From a bacterium (GTDB taxonomy: Bacteria > Actinomycetota > UBA4738 > HRBIN12): a stretch of DNA of 59,790 nucleotides. Shown here piece after piece: positions 10,237-20,016 of this stretch; the first letter of the stretch is position 1, and each line of letters begins with the position of its first letter. The notes below the pieces were generated by a model. That model was not told the DNA's origin. It made no database searches and was given only the letters and a program-made list of their open reading frames with translations. The position numbers were made by a program, and so were the translations under genes. The DNA is taken from the NCBI GenBank assembly GCA_046735355.1, contig JBKPTC010000076.1, forward strand, positions 1-59,790, read 5' to 3'.

Positions 10237-11172
10237 ATGGAGGTTCGCGAGGGACTCGACGCGCTGCCTCGCGACGGCCGGGCGTCGGTCGTGACGATCG
10301 GGTTCTTCGACGGCGTCCACCGAGGGCACCGCGCGGTGTTCGCGCGGATCGCCCAGGCGGCCGCCGAGCGCGGCGCGCGGTCGGTCGCCGTCACGTTCGA
10401 TCGGCATCCGCGTGAGGTCCTCACGCCCGGCACCGAGCCGCGGCTGCTCACGACGATCGAACGCAGGGCCGAGCTGATCGCAGAGAGCGGCGTCGATGAG
10501 CTCGTGGTCCTCGAGTTCACGCCGGAGTTCTCGGGCTGGTCGCCGGAGTCCTTCGTGGATCGGGTGCTCGTCGAGGGCGTGTCGGCCTCGCACGTCGGCG
10601 TGGGCGGCAACTTCACGTTCGGTCATCGGGCGCGGGGCAACATCGCGCTCCTGCGCGCGCTCGGACCGGCGCGAGGGTTCACGGTCGAGGAGGTGCCGCT
10701 GCTGCGGATCGACGGGCGGGTGGTGTCGTCGTCCTCGATCCGTGAGGCGCTTCTCGAGGGCGACCTCCGGTGGCCCGCCACGGCGCTCGGGCGGCCGCAC
10801 GCCGTCGACGGCGTCGTCGTGAGCGGCGCGGGCCGCGGCCACGGCCTCGGCTATCCCACGGCGAACCTGCGCGCGTTTCCGCGGCTGCTGCTTCCGAAGG
10901 CCGGCATCTACGCCGGCCGGGCTCGGACGCCGCTCGGAACCCACGTCGCGGCCATCAGCGTCGGCACCAACCCGACGTTCGGGACCGAGCCGCTGCACAT
11001 CGAGGCGTTCCTCCTCGATTTCGACGGCGATCTCGTGGGCGCCGACGTCTCGATCGAGTTCGTCGAGCGCCTCCGCGACGAGGAGCGGTTCGCGACGCCC
11101 GGGGACCTCGTCCGCGCGATGGACGACGACGTCTCGCGAACGCGCAGGATCGTCGACGGGCACGAGCGGTGA
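10237..11172 (+). CDS. ribF: Bifunctional riboflavin kinase/FAD synthetase
   Basis: IGFFDGVHRGH, VSSSSIR, GRGHGLGYPTANL, GTNPTF. Confidence 0.97.
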   Translation: MEVREGLDALPRDGRASVVTIGFFDGVHRGHRAVFARIAQAAAERGARSVAVTFDRHPREVLTPGTEPRLLTTIERRAELIAESGVDELVVLEFTPEFSGWSPESFVDRVLVEGVSASHVGVGGNFTFGHRARGNIALLRALGPARGFTVEEVPLLRIDGRVVSSSSIREALLEGDLRWPATALGRPHAVDGVVVSGAGRGHGLGYPTANLRAFPRLLLPKAGIYAGRARTPLGTHVAAISVGTNPTFGTEPLHIEAFLLDFDGDLVGADVSIEFVERLRDEERFATPGDLVRAMDDDVSRTRRIVDGHER

Positions 11173-12227
11173 CGGCCGCGCACCGTCGTCGCAGCCGGAT
11201 CCCGTTCGCGGCGGTCGCCGCGTGTCTAGCGGTCGCCGCCGTCGCGCTCGGTGTCGGGCGGAGGGTCGCGACGGGCGATCGAGCCGCATCCTCGGCTCGG
11301 TCGGTGGTCGGGCACGACGGTCGAACCGACGCCGGCGGCGACGCGGCCGCTCCGACGCAGTCGTCGGCGCCTCGTCGGCGCGCGCTCGTGATCCACGGCA
11401 CCGGGGACGTGAGCCTCGACCCGTCGTATCTGCCGGTGTTCGGATCGAACGGCTACGGCTGGGCGTGGAGCGGCCTCGACGGTCTGTTCGAGCGCGACGA
11501 TCTGACGGTCATCAACCTGGAGTGCCCGGCGACCGACGTCGTCGCGCCCGTGCCGAAGGAGTTCAACTTCCGCTGCGATCCGGCCGCGCTGCCCGCGGCG
11601 CGCCGCGCCGGTGTCGACGTCGCGAGCCAGGCGAACAACCACGCGTACGACCAGGGACCCGACGGTCTCGTCGACTCGATCGAGCGGATCCGAGATGCGC
11701 GGATCCAGCCAGTCGGCGCCGGTCGCGATCAGGCCGAGGCGGTGGCACCGGCGACGTTCGAGGTCAACGGGTGGCGCATCGCGGTCGTCGGCATCGATGA
11801 GGTCCTCGACCCGGTCACGATGGTCGCGGGGCCGGGCAAGCCGGGCACCGCCGCGGGGCACGACTTCGACGTGGCGCTCCGTGCGATCCGAGCGGCCGCG
11901 GCCGATGCCGACGTCGTGGTGGTCGAGATCCACTGGGGCGTCGAGCTGGACACGCGGCCGAGGGGGTACCAGGTCCAGGAGGCGCGCCGAATGATCGACG
12001 CCGGCGCCGACGTCATCTTCGGGGCGCATGCGCACCGCCTCCAGCCCATGGCTAGGTACCGCGGCCGCCCGATCTTCTACGGCCTCGGCAACTTCGTGTG
12101 GCCGCGGTTCTCCGCCGAGGGCTCGACGACGGCGGTCGCCGAGGTGCGCGTCTCCCCGGACGGCCGGTTCGAGGGCCGGTTGCTCCCCGCGACCATCGTG
12201 TCGGACGGACATCCGGAGCTCGGCTGA
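11169..12227 (+). CDS. CapA-family metallophosphoesterase with N-terminal membrane anchor
   Basis: GDV, NLE, ANNH, HWG, GAHAH, YGLGNF motifs. Confidence 0.88.
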   Translation: MTAAHRRRSRIPFAAVAACLAVAAVALGVGRRVATGDRAASSARSVVGHDGRTDAGGDAAAPTQSSAPRRRALVIHGTGDVSLDPSYLPVFGSNGYGWAWSGLDGLFERDDLTVINLECPATDVVAPVPKEFNFRCDPAALPAARRAGVDVASQANNHAYDQGPDGLVDSIERIRDARIQPVGAGRDQAEAVAPATFEVNGWRIAVVGIDEVLDPVTMVAGPGKPGTAAGHDFDVALRAIRAAAADADVVVVEIHWGVELDTRPRGYQVQEARRMIDAGADVIFGAHAHRLQPMARYRGRPIFYGLGNFVWPRFSAEGSTTAVAEVRVSPDGRFEGRLLPATIVSDGHPELG

Positions 12228-12281
12228 AGCGCGGCCGCGAGGGCGACGCGGCCGCGAACCTGCTGGTAGCCTTGGCAACGC

Positions 12282-12551
12282 ATGTCGCTCACCAAGGAAG
12301 CCAAGGCTCAGATCATCTCCGAGTACAAGCGCGGAGACACCGACACCGGATCCGCAGAGGTCCAGATCGCGGTGCTGTCCAAGCGCATCTCGGACCTGAC
12401 CGAGCACCTCAAGACCCACAAGAAGGACCACCATTCGCGGCGCGGGCTGCTGATGCTGGTCGGGCGCCGCCGCCGGCTGCTCGACTACCTCCGCCGCGAG
12501 GACATCGAGCGCTACCGAGAGCTGATCGCCCGCCTCGGCCTGCGCCGGTGA
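12282..12551 (+). CDS. rpsO: 30S ribosomal protein S15
   Basis: [21 protein letters not shown]; 89 aa; upstream of pnp. Confidence 0.99.
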   Translation: MSLTKEAKAQIISEYKRGDTDTGSAEVQIAVLSKRISDLTEHLKTHKKDHHSRRGLLMLVGRRRRLLDYLRREDIERYRELIARLGLRR

Positions 12552-12635
12552 CGCGACCGCACCGGGCGGCCCGCCCGCCCGCCGCAGCAGGAGGGATGCC
12601 GACGACCGACTAGAACCCCAGGGGAGGGGAGCGCT

Positions 12636-12713
12636 GGTCGGTTCTCAGTTGCGAACCCCCGGGCCCGATGTCGAACCCCCGGTCTCCGGTGGCTCACCAC
12701 TGACAACCTGGCC
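12636..12713 (+). promoter_or_regulatory. Stem-loop in rpsO-pnp intergenic region (candidate pnp leader/processing stem)
   Basis: GGTC-GGTT-C-TCAGT (12636-12649) pairs with ACTGA-C-AACC-T-GGCC (12699-12713). Confidence 0.5.
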
Positions 12714-12785
12714 GTCCTCCCCACCCGGACCGCTCGTCCGGATGCGCCGCGTCCCGCGGCGCCGACACCAAGGAGGCAGGCCCCA

Positions 12786-15155
12786 ATGGCCACCACCACC
12801 ACGCTCAGCAAGACCATCGGCGGTCAGACGATGACCTTCGAGGCCGGCAAGCTCGCCATGCAGGCGCGCGGCTCGGTCGTCGTGACCTACGGCGAGACGC
12901 AGGTCCTCGGCACGTGCACCACGTCCAACCCCCGGGAGGGGATCGATTTCTTCCCGCTCACCGTCGACGTCGAGGAGCGGATGTACGCCGCGGGCAAGAT
13001 CCCCGGAGGGTTCTTCCGTCGCGAGGGTCGACCCTCCGAGACCGCGATCCTCACCGCCCGCCTGACCGACCGCCCGCTGCGCCCGACGTTCCGCGACGGC
13101 TTCCGCGACGAGGTGCAGGTCGTCATCACGGTGCTGTCGGTCGACATGGCCAACCCGTACGACATCCCCGGCATCAACGCCGCGAGCCTCGCGACGATGG
13201 CGGGCGGGCTGCCGTTCGACGGCCCGATCGGCGCCGTCCGCATGGCGCTGATCGGCGGCGAGTGGCGCGTGAACCCGACGTTCCAGGACCTCGAGCAGGC
13301 GACGTTCGACGTCGTGGTGGCCGGGCGTCGCAACGACCAGGGCGGCATCGACGTCCTGATGATCGAGGGGGAGGCGCCCGACGAGACGTGGCAGCTGCTG
13401 CAGGACGGCGGCGCGTCGGTCGCGCCGACCGAGGAGGTGGTCGCCGAGGGCCTCGAGGCCGCCAAGCGCGCGATCGGCGAGGTCATCGACTTCCAGAACG
13501 AGTTCCTCGGCAAGCTGCACATCGAGCAGATGCCGTTCGAGCCCAAGCCGCTCTACAGCGACGAGACGTGGCGCGCCGTCGAGTCGTTCGCGGCCGACAA
13601 GGTCCGCGCCTCGATCGTCGCCGACAAGCGGCAGCGCGACGAGGCGCTCGCCGCCGTGAAGGACGAGCTCAAGCAGCACCTGCACCAGACGTGGGGCGAC
13701 GAGGCGTACGCCAGCGCGCAGGGCGAGATCTCGCCGGCGTTCAAGGACCTACAGAAGAAGATCATGCGCGAGCGCGTTCTGACCGAGGGTGTCCGGCTCG
13801 ACGGCCGCGGCGTGGAGGACATCCGCCCGCTGTCGTCGGAGGTCGGGCTGATCCCGCGCGCGCACGGGTCGTCGCTGTTCCAGCGTGGCGAGACGCAGGT
13901 GCTGAACGTCACGACGCTCGGGATGCTCCGGATGAACCAGATGATCGACACCCTCGATCCGGAGGACTCGAAGCGGTACATCCACCACTACAACTTCCCG
14001 CCGTTCTCGACGGGCGAGACCGGCCGGATCGGCTCGCCGCGCCGGCGTGAGATCGGACACGGCGCGCTCGCCGAGCGGGCGCTCGTGCCGGTCATCCCGC
14101 CCGAGGACGAGTTCCCCTACACGCTGCGACTCGTGTCGGACGTGCTGTCCTCCAACGGCTCGACGTCGATGGCCAGCGTGTGCGCGTCGACGCTCTCGCT
14201 CATGGATGCCGGCGTGCCGATCAAGTCGCCGGTCGCCGGGATCGCGATGGGGATGATCGCCGAGGGCGATCGGTTCGTGACGCTGACCGACATCCTGGGC
14301 GCCGAGGACGCGCTCGGCGACATGGACTTCAAGGTCGCTGGCACGCGCGACTGGGTGACGGCGATCCAGCTCGACATGAAGGTGACCGGGCTCCCCGCCG
14401 AGGCGCTCGCGCAGGCGCTCAAGCAGGCGCGCGAGGCGCGGCTGTTCATCCTGGAGTCGATGCTGCGGACGATCTCCGGCCCGCGCGACGCCGTGAACCC
14501 GAAGGCGCCGCGGATCCTCACGATCTCGATCCCGGTGGACAAGATCGGCGAGGTGATCGGGCCGAAGGGCAAGCGGATCAACGAGATCATCGCGGCGACC
14601 GGCGCCGACATCGACATCCAGGACGACGGCACGGTGTTCATCGGCTCGCGCGCGGGCGAGGGCGCCGACCAGGCGGCCAAGATGATCGACGAGATCGCGA
14701 ACCCGCGGCCGCTGTCCGTCGGCGAGACGTTCAACGGCAAGGTCGTGAAGACCACGACCTTCGGGGCGTTCGTGAACCTCGTTCCCGGTCGTGACGGGCT
14801 CGTCCACATCTCGAAGCTCGGCCGCGGCAAGCGGCTGAACAGCGTCGAGGAGTCGGGCCTCAAGGAAGGCGACATGCTCGAGGTCGAGATCCAGGACATC
14901 GACCCGACGGGGCGCATCTCGCTCAAGCCGATCGGCGAGGAGTGGGCGATCCCCGAGGGCATGGAGCCCGAGCCGCAGCGCGAGCGTCGCGATCGCGGAC
15001 CGCGGGACCGTGACCGCGGACGCGGCCGAGACCGCGACCGGGACCGCGACCGCGACCGCGGTGGGCGGCCGCCGCGCGACCGCGATCGTGACACCCAGCC
15101 GCAGGAGACGTCGCAAGCGAGCAGCACGCCCAGCACCGATCAGCCGGCGGAGTAA
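12786..15155 (+). CDS. pnp: Polyribonucleotide nucleotidyltransferase (PNPase)
   Basis: DFFPLTVD, RREIGHG, SNGSTSMAS, GDMDFKVAG, KH and S1 domains; RD-repeat tail. Confidence 0.99.
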   Translation: MATTTTLSKTIGGQTMTFEAGKLAMQARGSVVVTYGETQVLGTCTTSNPREGIDFFPLTVDVEERMYAAGKIPGGFFRREGRPSETAILTARLTDRPLRPTFRDGFRDEVQVVITVLSVDMANPYDIPGINAASLATMAGGLPFDGPIGAVRMALIGGEWRVNPTFQDLEQATFDVVVAGRRNDQGGIDVLMIEGEAPDETWQLLQDGGASVAPTEEVVAEGLEAAKRAIGEVIDFQNEFLGKLHIEQMPFEPKPLYSDETWRAVESFAADKVRASIVADKRQRDEALAAVKDELKQHLHQTWGDEAYASAQGEISPAFKDLQKKIMRERVLTEGVRLDGRGVEDIRPLSSEVGLIPRAHGSSLFQRGETQVLNVTTLGMLRMNQMIDTLDPEDSKRYIHHYNFPPFSTGETGRIGSPRRREIGHGALAERALVPVIPPEDEFPYTLRLVSDVLSSNGSTSMASVCASTLSLMDAGVPIKSPVAGIAMGMIAEGDRFVTLTDILGAEDALGDMDFKVAGTRDWVTAIQLDMKVTGLPAEALAQALKQAREARLFILESMLRTISGPRDAVNPKAPRILTISIPVDKIGEVIGPKGKRINEIIAATGADIDIQDDGTVFIGSRAGEGADQAAKMIDEIANPRPLSVGETFNGKVVKTTTFGAFVNLVPGRDGLVHISKLGRGKRLNSVEESGLKEGDMLEVEIQDIDPTGRISLKPIGEEWAIPEGMEPEPQRERRDRGPRDRDRGRGRDRDRDRDRDRGGRPPRDRDRDTQPQETSQASSTPSTDQPAE

Positions 15156-15161
15156 CGCCGG

Positions 15162-16421
15162 ATGGCGATCGGCCGGACCGAGTTCACCTCGGGCCTGCGC
15201 GTCCTCACCGAGCGCATGCCCGGGGTGCGCTCGGTGGCGCTCGGGTTCTGGGTGCTCGCAGGATCGCGCGACGAGCCGCCCAGGATCAGCGGCTCCAGCC
15301 ACTTCCTCGAACATCTGCTGTTCAAGGGAACCAAGACCCGATCGGCGACGGACATCGCCGAAGCGTTCGACGCGGTGGGCGGCGACGTGAACGCTTTCAC
15401 CGCCAAGGAGTACACGTGCTTTTACGCGCGCGTGCGGGACCGCGATCTTCCGATGGCGGTCGATCACCTCTGCGACATGCTGCAGAACAGCCTGATCCGC
15501 GCGTCCGACGTCGATGCCGAACGGCAGGTGATCCTCGAGGAGATCAACATGCACGAGGACACGCCGGACGACGCGATCCACGACCTGTTCAACGAGACGC
15601 TGTGGCCCGACCACCCGCTGGGTCGCCCGATCCTCGGAACCGTCGAGAGCATCGCCGCAGCGACGCCCGCGCAGATCCGGCGCTTCTACCGGAAGCACTA
15701 CGTGCCGGGGAACGTCGTCGTGGCCGCGACCGGCAACGTCAAGCACGACGACCTCGTCGGGCGGATCGGCGCGCTCATGGACGCGGGCCGTGTCCGGTCG
15801 GGCGGCGCGTCGGCGTGGAACCTTCGGACGATCGGCAAGACCCCCACGCCGTCGGGCGAGACCGTCGTCCGGCGGCGGAAGACGGAGCAGGCGCACATCG
15901 TGCTCGGAACCAACGGTGTGTCGAGGAGCGATCCCGATCGGTTCGCGCTCGGCATCGCGAACGTCGCGCTCGGCGGCGGGATGTCCTCGCGGCTGTTCCA
16001 GGAGGTGCGCGAGAGGCGCGGCCTGGCGTACTCGGTGTACAGCTATCACATGCAGTTCGTCGACGCCGGTCTGTTCGCCGCGTACGCCGGCACGACGCCG
16101 GCGCGCGGCCGCGAGGTCCTGTCGATCCTGCGCGAGCAGCTCGCGGCGTTCGCGGACGGCGGCCTTACCGCGGTCGAATACGAGCGCGCGAAGGGACACA
16201 TGAAGGGATCGCTCGTCCTGTCGCTCGACGATCCGTCGGGCCGGATGTCGAGGCTCGGCAAGTCCGAGATCTCGCACGGGGAGATCCTGACCGTGAACGA
16301 GACGCTCGAGCGTATCGACGCGGTGACGTACGACCATGCGCGCGAGGTCGCGGAGCGCGTGCTGTCCCAGCCGATGGCGCTGGCGGTGATCGGCCCGTTC
16401 GCGAAGGGCGCGCTGCGATGA
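15162..16421 (+). CDS. M16-family zinc peptidase
   Basis: HFLEHLLFKGT inverted zinc motif, LGGGMSSRLFQEVRE; usual neighbour of pnp. Confidence 0.93.
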   Translation: MAIGRTEFTSGLRVLTERMPGVRSVALGFWVLAGSRDEPPRISGSSHFLEHLLFKGTKTRSATDIAEAFDAVGGDVNAFTAKEYTCFYARVRDRDLPMAVDHLCDMLQNSLIRASDVDAERQVILEEINMHEDTPDDAIHDLFNETLWPDHPLGRPILGTVESIAAATPAQIRRFYRKHYVPGNVVVAATGNVKHDDLVGRIGALMDAGRVRSGGASAWNLRTIGKTPTPSGETVVRRRKTEQAHIVLGTNGVSRSDPDRFALGIANVALGGGMSSRLFQEVRERRGLAYSVYSYHMQFVDAGLFAAYAGTTPARGREVLSILREQLAAFADGGLTAVEYERAKGHMKGSLVLSLDDPSGRMSRLGKSEISHGEILTVNETLERIDAVTYDHAREVAERVLSQPMALAVIGPFAKGALR

Positions 16422-16473
16422 GCGATACGGTCGTCCGTCGCCCGTCGCGCCGCCCGGCGGGAGGCGTCGAACC

Positions 16474-17274
16474 GTGATCCGCGTCGGCGTCATCGGCGCG
16501 TGCGGACGGATGGGGCAGACCGTCGCGCGCGCAGTCGCGGACGCCGAGGACCTCGCGCTGGTCGCCGCCGTCGACCGGTCGCGCGTCGGGGAGTCGGTCG
16601 GCCGGATCATCGGACGTCCGGAGCTCGACGTTCCCGTCGCCGACCGGCTGGATCGCCTGCTCGAGGCCGAGGTCGAGGTCGCCGTCGACTTCACGCACCC
16701 CGACGTCGTGTTGGACGACGTTCGGTGGTGCGTCGACCACGCGATCCACGTCGTGGTCGGGACGACCGGCCTGGACGACGAGCGGCTGCGGGAGATCGGC
16801 CGCCGGCTCGACGACGCCGGCTCGGGCTCGAACGTGGTCGTCGCGGCGAACTTCGCGATCGGCGCCGTGCTGATGCAACGGTTCGCCGAGATGGCGTCAC
16901 CACACTTCGCCGCGGTCGAGATCGTCGAGCTGCACCACGACGGAAAGGTCGACGCGCCGTCCGGAACCGCCATGGCGACGGCCCGTCGCATCGCCGACGC
17001 GTCGCAGACGCGCAGCGTCGGTGCCGGGCGCGAGAGCGTCGGCGGCGCGCGGGGCGGCGTGGTCGACGGCGTGCGGATCCACTCGGTGCGGCTGCCGGGT
17101 CTCGTCGCCCACCAAGAGGTGCTGTTCGGCGGCGAGGGCCAGACGCTCACGATCCGTCACGACTCGACCGACCGCACGTCGTTCATGCCGGGCGTCCTGC
17201 TCGCGGTTCGGTCGGTGGCGACTCGGCCGGGGCTGACGATCGGCCTCGAGCCGCTGCTCGATCCGTCCGCATGA
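16474..17274 (+). CDS. dapB: 4-hydroxy-tetrahydrodipicolinate reductase
   Basis: GACGRMG, VVGTTG, ELHHDGKVDAPSGTA. Confidence 0.97.
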   Translation: MIRVGVIGACGRMGQTVARAVADAEDLALVAAVDRSRVGESVGRIIGRPELDVPVADRLDRLLEAEVEVAVDFTHPDVVLDDVRWCVDHAIHVVVGTTGLDDERLREIGRRLDDAGSGSNVVVAANFAIGAVLMQRFAEMASPHFAAVEIVELHHDGKVDAPSGTAMATARRIADASQTRSVGAGRESVGGARGGVVDGVRIHSVRLPGLVAHQEVLFGGEGQTLTIRHDSTDRTSFMPGVLLAVRSVATRPGLTIGLEPLLDPSA

Positions 17275-18053
17275 CGTACCGCCTCGCCGGTCTCTTCGCG
17301 CATCCGGACGACGACGCCTTCGGGATCAGTGGCTCGTGCGCGCTGCACGCCGACGAGCTCGACCTGATGGTGGTGTTCGCGACGAGTGGCGACGCGGGTC
17401 GCATCGCCGACGCGACCCTCGCCACGCGCGAGAACCTCGGAGCCGTCCGTGAGGCGGAGGCCCGCTCGGCGTACGCCGTGCTCGGGGTGTCGGCCGATCT
17501 GCGGTTCCTTCGATACCGCGACGGGCACGTCGCCGAGGTGCCGGACGACGAGCTGGTCGCGCGGTTCGCCGACGCGCTCGAGGAGTTCCGGCCGGACGTC
17601 GTCGTCACGTTCGGGCCGGACGGCATCACGGGTCACGCGGACCACATCGCCGCGGGGCGCGCGGGCACCGAGGCGTTCCGGGTCGCGCGCGAGCGCATGG
17701 GCGACGCGGGGCCGCGACGGCTGTTGCACAACGCGCTGGCGCAGGGCGAGCTCGAGCGGCTCGGGCGCGAGCTCCGGGCCCGCGGGCTCGAGCCGCCCGA
17801 TCCCGCCGAGCCGTTCCAGCCGCGCGGCGTGCCGGACGAGCGCATCGGTGTGCGCGTCGATTGTTCGAGCGTCTACAAGCGCAAGCTCGCCGCGCTCCGC
17901 GAGCACAAGACGCAGGCGCAGGATCTCGAGGACTTCCCGCAGGACCTGTGGCCGGAGATCCTGTCGACCGAGACGTTCGCCATCGCATGGCCGACGCGCG
18001 AGCCCGGAGCGCCGGTGCTCGCCGACCCGTTCGACCACCTCCCGGGCTCGTAG
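17271..18053 (+). CDS. PIG-L/LmbE family deacetylase
   Basis: FAHPDDD, ATSGDAG, R..EA, GITGHADH, HKTQ. Confidence 0.9.
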   Translation: MTYRLAGLFAHPDDDAFGISGSCALHADELDLMVVFATSGDAGRIADATLATRENLGAVREAEARSAYAVLGVSADLRFLRYRDGHVAEVPDDELVARFADALEEFRPDVVVTFGPDGITGHADHIAAGRAGTEAFRVARERMGDAGPRRLLHNALAQGELERLGRELRARGLEPPDPAEPFQPRGVPDERIGVRVDCSSVYKRKLAALREHKTQAQDLEDFPQDLWPEILSTETFAIAWPTREPGAPVLADPFDHLPGS

Positions 18054-18077
18054 CCTCGGCGGCTAGGCTCGCCCGCG

Positions 18078-19295
18078 ATGGACGTCTCGATCCGCACGAT
18101 CGCGCCCGAGGAGCTCCGCGAGTACTTCGCCGTCGTCGAGACCGCCTTCGGCGGTCACCTCACGACGGCGTTCCTCGAGTTCCACGGGCCGCACGTCGAG
18201 CTCGATCGCGCGCACGCCGCGTTCGACGACGGCGCGGTCGTCGGAGCGGCGGGCGTCAGCTCGTTCGCCATGACCGTTCCCGGCGGTGAGGTCCGGGCGG
18301 CGGGTGTCACGGGCGTCGGCGTGCTGCCGACGCACCGGCGACGCGGCATCAACACGGCGCTCATGCGGACACAGCTCGACGACGTGGCCCGGCGCGGCGA
18401 GCCGGTCGCGGTGCTGTACGCGTCGCAGGGAAGCATCTACGGCCGGTACGGCTACGGGCTGGCGTCGAGGAACGCATCGATCGACGTGGAGACGGCGCGC
18501 TCGTCGTTCGGTCCGTGGTACGAACGCTCCGGCTCGGTGCGGCTGGTCGAGCGCGACGAGGCGGTCGTCGCGTTCCAGCCGGTCTACGACCTCGTCCGCC
18601 GCTCGCGGCCGGGGATGATGCGGCTCGATCGCGACGCGTTCGCCTACCGGCTCGACGACCGCTTCCGGGACGACGGCAAGGAGCAGCCCGGGTTCCTCGC
18701 GGCGCACGAGACGGACGGCGTCGTCGACGGCTACGTGCAGTACCGCGTCCGACAGGACTGGGACGTCGTGCCGAGGAACGAGCTGATGGTCGACGATCTC
18801 GTCGCGACGGGCGGCGGCGCCTACGCCGACCTGTGGCGCCACGTGCTCGACGCAGACCTGATGTTCCGCGTCACCGCGTGGAACCGGCCGCCCGACGATC
18901 CGCTGTTCGATCTGGTGCTCGAGCCGCGACCGCTGCAGTTCCGTCTGAAGGACGCGCTGTGGCTCCGGATCGTCGACGTCGAGTCGGCGCTGTCCTCGCG
19001 CGCGTACCGCGCCGAGTCCTCGATCGTCCTCGAGGTGCGCGACGGCTTCCGCCCCGAGACCTCGGGAACGTACGAGGTCGTCGCCGAACCCGGCGGCGCG
19101 TCCTGCCGGCGCACGGATCGGGCGCCAGATCTCGTCCTCGGCGTCGCCGAGCTCGGTGCCGCGTACCTGGGCGGAACCCGCGTCGCGGCGCTCGCGCGCG
19201 CCCGGCGCGTCGAGGAGCGGACGCCGGGCGCCGTCGAGCGCGCCGACGCGATGTTCGCGTGGGATCCCGCGCCGTGGTGCTCGTTCATGTTCTGA
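18078..19295 (+). CDS. Eis-family GNAT acetyltransferase with SCP2-like C-terminus
   Basis: VGVLPTHRRRG, LYASQGSIYGRYGYG, LWLRIVDV..AL..R.Y, LGAAYLGG. Confidence 0.88.
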   Translation: MDVSIRTIAPEELREYFAVVETAFGGHLTTAFLEFHGPHVELDRAHAAFDDGAVVGAAGVSSFAMTVPGGEVRAAGVTGVGVLPTHRRRGINTALMRTQLDDVARRGEPVAVLYASQGSIYGRYGYGLASRNASIDVETARSSFGPWYERSGSVRLVERDEAVVAFQPVYDLVRRSRPGMMRLDRDAFAYRLDDRFRDDGKEQPGFLAAHETDGVVDGYVQYRVRQDWDVVPRNELMVDDLVATGGGAYADLWRHVLDADLMFRVTAWNRPPDDPLFDLVLEPRPLQFRLKDALWLRIVDVESALSSRAYRAESSIVLEVRDGFRPETSGTYEVVAEPGGASCRRTDRAPDLVLGVAELGAAYLGGTRVAALARARRVEERTPGAVERADAMFAWDPAPWCSFMF

Positions 19296-19358
19296 CGCAC
19301 GTCGGAGCACGGTCCGGCCGCCGTCCCGCAGCACGCGGTCGCGTATCATGCGCGCCTC

Positions 19359-19799
19359 ATGAGGTCGTTGGCTCGCGTCGGCGTGGCGGTCGTCGCGCTG
19401 CTCGCCTTCGCCGCCTGCACCGGCGGCGGCCGCCCGATCAGCAGCGCCGAGCCGTCGTCGACGTCGCCGAGCGCCGCCGTGACGATCAGCGTCGCGCCCG
19501 GCGAGGGCGCGTACCTCTATCAGAACGCCGGACTGACGGCGACGCTCGAGCTCGACGCCGGCGCCGGAACGCTCGAGATCGAGAACGACACCGGCCGCGA
19601 CCTGGCACCGCCGGCCTTCTACCTGCTCGACGCGCGCGACGGGCGCCGGGTCCCCGGCACGGTCGCGGACGCCACGCCGACGCCGGACGGGCAGACGACG
19701 ACGTTCGACGTGTCGTTCTCCGGTCTCGACGTGAAGAACATCGGCCTGGCGGTCCTGCTGATCGGGTCCGACAACTACGGCGCGTTCGTTCGGCAGTAA
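19359..19799 (+). CDS. Putative lipoprotein, unknown function
   Basis: Signal peptide with lipobox FAAC; host-like codon usage. Confidence 0.75.
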   Translation: MRSLARVGVAVVALLAFAACTGGGRPISSAEPSSTSPSAAVTISVAPGEGAYLYQNAGLTATLELDAGAGTLEIENDTGRDLAPPAFYLLDARDGRRVPGTVADATPTPDGQTTTFDVSFSGLDVKNIGLAVLLIGSDNYGAFVRQ

Positions 19800-20016
19800 C
19801 CGCGCGCCCCGCCGGCCGAGGTACGTATCCGTCTTGGTGGAGATGCCCGGCGGCCGGCTAGGATAGCCCGGTCGCGGCTCCCGCCCGACGGGCATCGAAC
19901 GCCACCGACGTGCGTCTCGCGTGGAACATGTGGCTGTTGTGGCGCTTGTGAGTCGTTCGGATCCGATGATAGGGTCCGGCCGGCTCCGCCGCCGCACGGA
20001 GCGACAGGAGGGATCC

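Noticed and set aside
19800-20016. Lysine riboswitch before dapA
   Set aside because: Conserved L-box signature not seen
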